A stretch of 24,027 nt of DNA from an uncultured Oligoflexus sp. (lineage in GTDB: Bacteria; Bdellovibrionota_B; Oligoflexia; Oligoflexales; Oligoflexaceae), in NCBI GenBank assembly GCA_964236955.1, contig CAXSGP010000002.1, forward strand, positions 1 to 24,027, given 5' to 3'. Below the pieces are notes generated by a model. It saw nothing but the letters and a program-made list of their open reading frames with translations. It did no database searches and had not been told where the DNA came from. Both the position numbers and the translations under genes were made by a program. Shown piece after piece: positions 17,130 through 24,027 of the stretch (its first letter is position 1; every line of letters begins with the position of its first letter).

Positions 17130-19469
17130 ATGCGCTTTGCCCATGTCGCACGCTGGATCCTTTTGCGCCTAATCTTCATGACTGCCTCAAGTCCTGAGTT
17201 AATCGGCGCGCCCCGCTATAGTCAAACGGTCATTAGCTTTCCTGAAGAGCGCCCCTTCCAATACTCCTACGAGCCCAAAGAACGGGCCTTGGTCCTTGAA
17301 TTTCAAAAGACCCACCCCTCTGAACTTGAAGCCCTCTACGCCTACGACGATACGATTATTCGTCGCGTATTGGTCAAGGATCTGGGTGGAATAGGCAGCG
17401 AAGTAAAGCTGATCCTGCGCGACGATAAACTCAAGGTCATGGTCAATACCTATCAAGAGCCCTTTCGCATTACCCTCGACTTTTTTGATGCCGACTTTCG
17501 CCAATCCCTCGATCCATCCACAGGCTTGCCCGTTGTCGCGGCGGCCAGCGGGACGATTGATGCGGGCGACCCCAAAGGTCAGGATCAGGCCAACTTGAGC
17601 GCTTACTCCGCGTCCACGCCTCATTCTCATTCGGCGGTGATGGGTGCCCCAGCCCCTTCCAGCGGCGCCCATCGCCTTGTGATTCCCCAAAACGACAGCA
17701 GCATCAAAACCGCACAGGATATGATGGGGCGCATCGCCAGCCTGCCTGAGGGCATCGGCAGCTCTTGGAAGTCCTTTCCCCCCTACATCTATCGCCTGCA
17801 AACCGCTGAGCTCAAAACCGGTAAGAATTATGACGTCTGGCTCAAACAAAACACGACCCAAGCCATGAGTTCCCATGAAGCGATGGCCCAGTACGCCGGC
17901 CAACTCTATGATTTTGGCCATGAAACCAGAGCTCTTATGGTCTATCAAAAGGTCCTGGCTGAAAACGCCGCTATCTTTGATAAATATGCTGATGCGCTTT
18001 GGAAAATGGCTGAAATCCAATTGGGCCAGGGCAACTTCAGTCTGGCCCAAGGCTACTATGAGGCCCTCCAGTCCAAGCATCCCGACAGTCCACTGGCTGG
18101 TCTTGCAGCGATTCGAAAACTTGACATTATTGCCATCAAATCCAGTCTAAAGCAAAAAGTCGAAGACTTTGAAGCGATCAAAAACGATCTTAAAAGCATC
18201 CGCGTCGCCGCCTCAAACCAAGCTCATATCGCTGTTCGTCAGGCCTTTTGGGGAATCGACAAGGTCCAGATGAAAACCCTTCTAGCCGACTTCATCAATC
18301 CACCAAAGGTTGATGCCGAGATCGCCTCGCAGCTTGAAGATGCCCGTAAGGTTGCCGATAGTCCAAGGACATCTTTCCTCATCGACAGCATCCTCCTTGC
18401 GCAAAGGATCGAAAACAATGCCTGGACCGCCGAGATCGCAAGCTATTCCGGCAGTTACTTTGAAAGCTACCATGGCAAAGCCACCGAGCCCTATCGCACT
18501 CAGCTCCTCAATAAAGCCGAGGCATCGCTTCTGAAGACTATCGATAAGAGTCTGAGCAACCAGCAGTATACCGAGATCGTATCCATTATAGAAAGCCTGC
18601 CCGTTTCCTTGCGCGAGCTTAAAAATCGCTCCAACGTGAGCTGGGCGGCCGCGGAAGCCTATCGCCATCTTCAGCAACCGGCATTGGCCGTCCCCTTCTA
18701 TGAAAAAGCGCTGGCTGCAAGTCAGCTATCGCCCAATCAATTTCGCTCGGCCTTTTGGCTTGAGCAAAGCCTGATCACCAATGCCGGCATGGTGAGCATC
18801 AAAGGTCAGGGCACTCAGCAAAAGCTTCAGGGCAAGCTGAAATTTGCAGATCAAAAAGTCTGGGACATTTGGAAAGCGCTGAAAGACGATGAAAAGCGCA
18901 AGAGCTTTACAGAAGTCCAGTCCGAACTTGAAGACAATGTCCGCAACTCCATTCATGTCAAGAGCTCGCCGCAAATTCTCCTCGAGATACTTGGCCAGGA
19001 TCTTGCAACACAGTTAGCAACTCCAGAAAAAGCCGTCAACGGATCGACAGTGGGATCGCAGCCCACGGTAAAGATGATTTACCTTCTGAGCGATCTAGGC
19101 AAACGGTTCAAAGAACAAGGTCAAGCGGCTGAAGCCAAAAAGGCAAGACAGCTGCTTAGAAAACTCGATATCAAAACGCTCGGTGCCGACAAAGATGCTC
19201 TCAATGTCTGGACCAACGAGCTAACGAAACTGGCTGAGGAATACCGTGAAGGCAACGACTACTTAGAAGCGGGACGCATCTATGCCTTGACGGGGACCAG
19301 CAACAACCAATGGGAAGGTCGAGCAGAAGCACTCTACAAAGGTGGATTACTGCTCTTTAGATCAGGTCGGAAAGATGAGGCACTCGCGGCGTTTAAGGAA
19401 GCAGCTGGCGATGGCAACAATCTTCTCTACGCTGAATTGGCAAAGAAACGACTTGAGCAACTTAAGTAA
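17130..19469 (+). CDS. Exported tetratricopeptide-repeat protein with N-terminal AMIN-like beta domain
   Basis: Signal-like N-terminus; beta-rich segment ending EPFRITLDFF; low-complexity linker; TPR-like helices (ALWKMAEIQLGQGNFSLAQGYY, AEALYKGGLLLFRSGRKDEALAAF). Confidence 0.8.
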   Translation: MRFAHVARWILLRLIFMTASSPELIGAPRYSQTVISFPEERPFQYSYEPKERALVLEFQKTHPSELEALYAYDDTIIRRVLVKDLGGIGSEVKLILRDDKLKVMVNTYQEPFRITLDFFDADFRQSLDPSTGLPVVAAASGTIDAGDPKGQDQANLSAYSASTPHSHSAVMGAPAPSSGAHRLVIPQNDSSIKTAQDMMGRIASLPEGIGSSWKSFPPYIYRLQTAELKTGKNYDVWLKQNTTQAMSSHEAMAQYAGQLYDFGHETRALMVYQKVLAENAAIFDKYADALWKMAEIQLGQGNFSLAQGYYEALQSKHPDSPLAGLAAIRKLDIIAIKSSLKQKVEDFEAIKNDLKSIRVAASNQAHIAVRQAFWGIDKVQMKTLLADFINPPKVDAEIASQLEDARKVADSPRTSFLIDSILLAQRIENNAWTAEIASYSGSYFESYHGKATEPYRTQLLNKAEASLLKTIDKSLSNQQYTEIVSIIESLPVSLRELKNRSNVSWAAAEAYRHLQQPALAVPFYEKALAASQLSPNQFRSAFWLEQSLITNAGMVSIKGQGTQQKLQGKLKFADQKVWDIWKALKDDEKRKSFTEVQSELEDNVRNSIHVKSSPQILLEILGQDLATQLATPEKAVNGSTVGSQPTVKMIYLLSDLGKRFKEQGQAAEAKKARQLLRKLDIKTLGADKDALNVWTNELTKLAEEYREGNDYLEAGRIYALTGTSNNQWEGRAEALYKGGLLLFRSGRKDEALAAFKEAAGDGNNLLYAELAKKRLEQLK

Positions 19470-19483
19470 CTGGGGGACTTTTG

Positions 19484-20590
19484 ATGAGTACTACGAAGAG
19501 TAACAGCGCGATTGCCCATGATTTCGAAGACAACAAAGCCAGCTCGCAGGACTATCTTAATTATCTCCAGGAAAAACAGAAGCGCGAACGCCTTCTCAAA
19601 GCCAATCCTCAGCCCGGCGCCAACTTCATCTTTGCCGATGAAAAAATGCTGCGTATCCGCGAGATCATCAAACAGATCGCCGACGCCAACGTCCCCGTGC
19701 TGATTTCGGGTGAGTCGGGCACGGGCAAAGAAGTGATCGCGCGTATGATCCATTCCAGCTCCAACCGCAAAAATGATGCTTTTGTAGCCGTAAATTGCGC
19801 TGCGCTGCCACCCACCCTCTTGGAAAGCGAACTCTTCGGGTTTGAAAAGGGTGCTTTCACCGGCGCCCACCAGCAGCACCTTGGCAAATTCGAACAGGCC
19901 CATGGCGGCACGCTCCTTCTTGATGAAGTCACTGAAACCGATCAAGGCCTTCAGGCCAAGCTGCTTCGTGCGCTCCAGGAGCAGGAGATCGAACGTATCG
20001 GCGGCAATGGCCCGATCAAGATTGATACCCGTATTATCGCTACGACAAACCGTGATATCGCCCGTTCGGTAAAAGACGGCCGCTTCCGTCAGGATCTCTT
20101 CTATCGACTCTACGTGATCCATCTCGAAATTCCACCGCTTCGGGATCGTCCGAAAGACATCGAAGTGCTAACCCGGCATTTCCTCAAGAGCTTTAGCGTT
20201 CAATTCAAGGGCGAGGCTGCAACCCTTACCGCTGATGCGATGCAAAAACTCTTGAAATACCCGTGGCCCGGTAACGTGCGGGAACTGCAAAACGTCATTC
20301 AACGCGCCGTGCTTATGACTCAAGGCAATACGGTCACCGCGAAAGAATTCGTTCTTGAGCAAAAAAAGATCGATGAAGACCTCGAGTGGATCAAACATCT
20401 TCCCATCGGTCAGAAGATGCACCAGGTCGAAACCCAATTCATCCTGGAAACCCTTCGGACGCATAATGGCAACCGAACCCATTCAGCCAAAACCCTAGGC
20501 ATCAGCCTTAGAACGCTGCGCAACAAGATCAACGAGTTCGTTCTTGAAGGCCATGAAGTTCCGCAACCCACCACCGGTAAAGCACTATGA
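19484..20590 (+). CDS. sigma54-dependent transcriptional activator (AAA+ plus Fis-type HTH, no receiver domain), probable flagellar regulator
   Basis: Walker A GESGTGKE, GAFTGA, Walker B LLDEV, FRQDLFYRL, WPGNVREL, HTH GNRTHSAKTLGISLRTL. The TTG at 19481 is an alternative start. Confidence 0.93.
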   Translation: MSTTKSNSAIAHDFEDNKASSQDYLNYLQEKQKRERLLKANPQPGANFIFADEKMLRIREIIKQIADANVPVLISGESGTGKEVIARMIHSSSNRKNDAFVAVNCAALPPTLLESELFGFEKGAFTGAHQQHLGKFEQAHGGTLLLDEVTETDQGLQAKLLRALQEQEIERIGGNGPIKIDTRIIATTNRDIARSVKDGRFRQDLFYRLYVIHLEIPPLRDRPKDIEVLTRHFLKSFSVQFKGEAATLTADAMQKLLKYPWPGNVRELQNVIQRAVLMTQGNTVTAKEFVLEQKKIDEDLEWIKHLPIGQKMHQVETQFILETLRTHNGNRTHSAKTLGISLRTLRNKINEFVLEGHEVPQPTTGKAL

Positions 20591-21024
20591 GCGGGAGCCT
20601 GATCGGGGGAATGTTTACCCGCGGCGATTTCGTGAAAATGGGCGCTTTAGATCAGCGCCTTGAGCGACAGCATGTGATCAACTCCAACGTTGCCAATGCT
20701 GAGACTCCCGGTTATCGCGCGCTCGGATATGATTTCGAAGAGCAGCTGCAGGCACTCTCCGGAAGCGAAGCCGACAATATCCCGATGAAGGCCTCCGATC
20801 CCCGGCACTACATAAATGGAATGGCGGATGCCGACGGGACTATCACTCCCGAAGTATATGTAAGACCCACCGAAAGCGTTGGCCAGGACGGCAACACGGT
20901 GGACGTTGATCAGGAGATGGCGGCGATGGCCGAGAACCAGATTCTCTACAAAGCCACGGTCGAACTCATCAATAAAAAGATCGGCACTCTTAAGTACGCG
21001 ATCAGCAATGGAGGTCAAGGATGA
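20587..21024 (+). CDS. flgB: Flagellar basal-body rod protein FlgB
   Basis: RQHVINSNVANAETPGY and DGNTVDVDQEM...ENQILY motifs; ATGA overlap with the upstream gene. Confidence 0.95.
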   Translation: MSGSLIGGMFTRGDFVKMGALDQRLERQHVINSNVANAETPGYRALGYDFEEQLQALSGSEADNIPMKASDPRHYINGMADADGTITPEVYVRPTESVGQDGNTVDVDQEMAAMAENQILYKATVELINKKIGTLKYAISNGGQG

Positions 21025-21458
21025 GTTTTTTTAAGGCCATGAATATAAGTTCTTCGGGACTCGCCGCCCAGCGCATTCGCATGAACGTTCTGTCGTCGAA
21101 CCTAGCGAACGTCAACACCACCAGAACCCCTGAAGGTGGCCCCTACAAGCGGGAAGATGTGGTTTTTTCCGCGACCAACGCCAGCGATTTCGAAAACATG
21201 CTCGACGAAGACTATGGCACCGAACTCAAAAAAGTCCAGGTCGTCGACATCCACAAAGACACCAAAGCCCCGCGTATGGTTTTGGATCCCTCCCACCCCG
21301 ACGCCAATGCCGATGGCTACGTGGCGATGCCCAATATTCAAACCATGACGGAGATGGTGAATATGATCGCTGCCACGCGGGCTTTTGAGGCCAACACCAC
21401 GGCACTCAATTCGGCCAAAAGCATGGCCAGCACTGCGATTGAAATCGGCCGCGCCTAA
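21021..21458 (+). CDS. flgC: Flagellar basal-body rod protein FlgC
   Basis: SGLAAQRIRMNVLSSNLAN, GPYKR, DPSHPDANADGYV.MPN, EMVNMI.ATRAFEAN. Confidence 0.97.
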   Translation: MSFFKAMNISSSGLAAQRIRMNVLSSNLANVNTTRTPEGGPYKREDVVFSATNASDFENMLDEDYGTELKKVQVVDIHKDTKAPRMVLDPSHPDANADGYVAMPNIQTMTEMVNMIAATRAFEANTTALNSAKSMASTAIEIGRA

Positions 21459-21476
21459 TAGCTGGAGAGCACCAAC

Positions 21477-21809
21477 ATGAGTACTATAGGTTCTGGCCTG
21501 AAATTCAATGACGCGATGATGGGCCAGTTGCACGATCTCAAAAATCGCAGCAAGATGGAAATGCCCGATGCTGGCAAAGCCGAGCCAAAAACCAGCTTCA
21601 TGGACCATCTTAAAAGGGCCATCGAGGAGGTTAACACCGATCAGGTGACGGCTGATAAAAAGGCAACGGACCTCGCTAACGGCAAGGACACCAACATTCA
21701 TGACACCATGCTTTCCGCATCCGAAGCCGAGCTCGGCTTCAACATGATGGTGCAGGTCCGCAATAAAGCTCTGCAGGCGTATCAAGAAATTATGCGCATG
21801 CCTGTCTAA
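21477..21809 (+). CDS. fliE: Flagellar hook-basal body protein FliE
   Basis: SFMDHLKRAIEEVN, IHDTML, QVRNKALQAYQEIMRMPV. Confidence 0.96.
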   Translation: MSTIGSGLKFNDAMMGQLHDLKNRSKMEMPDAGKAEPKTSFMDHLKRAIEEVNTDQVTADKKATDLANGKDTNIHDTMLSASEAELGFNMMVQVRNKALQAYQEIMRMPV

Positions 21810-21827
21810 ATTTAGAAAGAGAGCCTT

Positions 21828-23447
21828 ATGGAAAAGATCAACGAGTCCTTCCGCCTTTTTGCCGAACGTATAAAGACCTTCTGGGATAGCCTCAACGGCC
21901 CCAAGAAAATCGGTGTTTTTGCGGTTCTGGCATTGCTCATAGGCGGAGCGATCACCCTTCTCCTTTCCCAAAAGCAAACTGACCGCGACTACCTTTATCT
22001 CAACCTGTCGGAATCCGATAACACCGAGATCATTGGTGAGCTTAAAAAGCAGCGTTTCACAGATTTTGTCTTGGATTCGAAGGGCATTCTGGTGCCCGCT
22101 GAGCAGATCATTCCCATGCGTTTAAAGCTGGCGCAGGAAGGCCTGCCGAGCCGCGGCATGATAGGTTGGGAAAAGTTTGACGACAAGGACTTTACCCGCA
22201 CCGAGTTTGAGCAAAACATCAACAAACTACGGGCGATCCAGGGCGAATTGCAGCGCACGATCAGTTCGATCGAAGGCATCAATTCGGCGCGTGTCCACCT
22301 CGTCACTCCTAAAAAGGCTCTTTTTCAGGAGGATGCGGAGAAACCGACGGCCGCTATTTATATTAAAACCAATCAAAACATCAATCTCACTGCGAAGCAA
22401 ATTAAGGGCATCACCCACCTGGTATCCCGTTCCGTCGAGGGTTTAGAACCGGATCAAATCACTATCATCGATCAGGAAGGCAAGATGCTGACCAAGATCG
22501 AATCGGAAGATCCCTCCTCCAAACAAACCCAGGAGATGCTCACCTACAGGAGAAACCTGGAGGCTGAGATGATGAGCCGAATCAAGTCCTTAGTTGGCCG
22601 GATTGTCGGACAGGACCGAGTCGATGCCAAAGCTGACATCGAAGTCGACTTCAATCAGGAAGAACAAAACATCTCAGATATCGACCCCGATCGGGTCGTG
22701 GTTCTCTCCTCGAACACAACGAACCAGGAGATGGCGGGTGCCGGCAATAATCCCACGGGAATACCAGGGGCCAAGTCCAACGTGCCCGGCGAGCAAGAGG
22801 ACCTGACCGCCACGTCGAGCTCAAACAAGAGCAAACGCGGCAGCGAGCGGATCAACTACGAGGTCGCCAAGACGCAAAAGCATAAGATCATGGCCGTGGG
22901 CGCCATACGCCGCATCTCGGTCGCGGTGATCGTTGATGGTTCGCAGCAGTATCCAGCCGATGGCTCGCTGCCCGAATTTGCACCCCGTAGCCCCGACGAA
23001 ATGAAAAAAATCGAGGATATTGTTCGTTCGTCGATAGGCTATAAAGAAGGTCGCGACGACGTCAAGGTTCACAATATTATGTTTGAAATTGCTGCCAATC
23101 AGGTCCAGGCGATCAAGGAAAAGCAGAGCGAGGAACGCAAGTACTTCTCGACCCTTTCCATCGCCGGTGTCATAGCCCTGGCCTTGGCCTTCTTCTTTGC
23201 CTTTATCGTTCGCCCCTACTTCCGCTGGCTGTCCTACGACCCTGAGCGCAAGAAGGCCGAAGAGATCGTCGAGGACTTTAAGCCTGACTTGGAAATGTCG
23301 AGCGCTCAAAACGTACAGGTCAAAGAGGATGTTCCCTTCGAAAAGCTTTCGCCGCAGGAGCAGATACTCTTTTTGGCCAAAAACGAACCAGCGCGCACCA
23401 CCGAAGCACTTCGTATCCTACTCAGTCCACACTCGTCCGCGCACTAA
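21828..23447 (+). CDS. fliF: Flagellar MS-ring protein FliF
   Basis: Two TM segments; RLKLAQEGLP, GWEKFD, RAIQGELQRTI, ARVHLV, GIPGAKSNVPG, NYEV, RRISVAVIVDG. Confidence 0.96.
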   Translation: MEKINESFRLFAERIKTFWDSLNGPKKIGVFAVLALLIGGAITLLLSQKQTDRDYLYLNLSESDNTEIIGELKKQRFTDFVLDSKGILVPAEQIIPMRLKLAQEGLPSRGMIGWEKFDDKDFTRTEFEQNINKLRAIQGELQRTISSIEGINSARVHLVTPKKALFQEDAEKPTAAIYIKTNQNINLTAKQIKGITHLVSRSVEGLEPDQITIIDQEGKMLTKIESEDPSSKQTQEMLTYRRNLEAEMMSRIKSLVGRIVGQDRVDAKADIEVDFNQEEQNISDIDPDRVVVLSSNTTNQEMAGAGNNPTGIPGAKSNVPGEQEDLTATSSSNKSKRGSERINYEVAKTQKHKIMAVGAIRRISVAVIVDGSQQYPADGSLPEFAPRSPDEMKKIEDIVRSSIGYKEGRDDVKVHNIMFEIAANQVQAIKEKQSEERKYFSTLSIAGVIALALAFFFAFIVRPYFRWLSYDPERKKAEEIVEDFKPDLEMSSAQNVQVKEDVPFEKLSPQEQILFLAKNEPARTTEALRILLSPHSSAH

Positions 23448-23464
23448 GAGCAGGGGCTTAAAAA

Positions 23465-24027
23465 ATGGCGAATATCGATGCCAAGAAGAATGGCCGCTTT
23501 ATCAAAAAGAGCGATCCTTTACGCAAGGTTTTAACGATCACGGACTTCAGCCTTGCCGATATCTGTGAATCTCCAATTACTTTTCATGACAACGCCAACG
23601 CCAACATCATCCATGAAAAATTGCACCTCAGCGAGGAATTGGCTCAATCGGTACGCCTTTCCCACGAAATTGAAGCCGTCTTTCCCCATCAGGAAGAACG
23701 GATGATCATACGCCCCCTCGATTTCACCGAGGAATGGAATCGGATGCGCAAACGCCAGACCAACCGCACCATGCGCAACGATGAAGACGATGACTTCGAT
23801 TTGGAAGCGGCGCGTGCCGAAGAGGCCCAACAGGATCAAGACGATCTTAACGCCCTTGAAAACCGCAATCGCCTGAACGATGAGCATATCGAAGGCAAAG
23901 ATAGAGACCCTCAGGAGACCGTGGTCGAACCCAGTCTTGTGGCCGCGCCGCGTCCGCTCGCCCCCGCAGCAGCCCCGCCGCCTGTGGCCCCCCCAGCTTC
24001 TACCGTCGTGGCGGACGCAGCGCCGGA
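23465..24027 (+). CDS. Partial ORF after fliF, acidic and then Pro/Ala-rich; not FliG-like in the visible part (possibly a FliH with a long N-terminal extension)
   Basis: ATG 17 nt after the fliF stop with AGGGG upstream; open with no stop for 187 codons to the window edge (MANIDAKKNGRFIKKSDPLRKVL...). Absent from the supplied track because it has no stop. Confidence 0.7.
   Translation, partial: MANIDAKKNGRFIKKSDPLRKVLTITDFSLADICESPITFHDNANANIIHEKLHLSEELAQSVRLSHEIEAVFPHQEERMIIRPLDFTEEWNRMRKRQTNRTMRNDEDDDFDLEAARAEEAQQDQDDLNALENRNRLNDEHIEGKDRDPQETVVEPSLVAAPRPLAPAAAPPPVAPPASTVVADAAP

Noticed and set aside
17199..21977. Long antisense ORFs (17199-18080, 19427-20122, 21102-21977) and similar ones opposite nrdA, the oxidoreductase and hldE
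   Set aside because: Shadow frames of well-supported genes caused by codon bias; no independent motifs.

Overview
A 24 kb bacterial chromosomal window. Gene style (many lipoproteins, a trypsin-LRR fusion, sigma54/sigma28 flagellar control) suggests Oligoflexia/Bdellovibrionota; this is inference only. From left to right it holds: a Pro/Thr-rich lipoprotein translationally coupled to a lipoprotein S1 protease with two LRR blocks; a minus-strand cluster (response regulator, pentapeptide-repeat lipoprotein, His-brace LPMO-like secreted protein, FN3-like lipoprotein); ung and a membrane protein; a 1.1 kb intergenic region with tandem NrdR-like boxes about 700 nt upstream of class Ia ribonucleotide reductase nrdAB; a Cys-rich hypothetical; two Bor-like lipoproteins; an FAD/Rieske oxidoreductase; hldE; and a sigma54-driven flagellar operon (AMIN-like/TPR protein, receiver-less enhancer-binding protein, flgB, flgC, fliE, fliF, then a non-FliG ORF that runs off the window). 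No rRNA, tRNA, CRISPR or mobile element was seen. The best novelty candidate: the LPMO-like protein ends in what looks like an orphan FN3 strand A (PSKPYGVKV), while the next gene encodes a lipoprotein FN3 domain that appears to lack that strand. This suggests a split-domain, donor-strand anchoring system (hypothesis).
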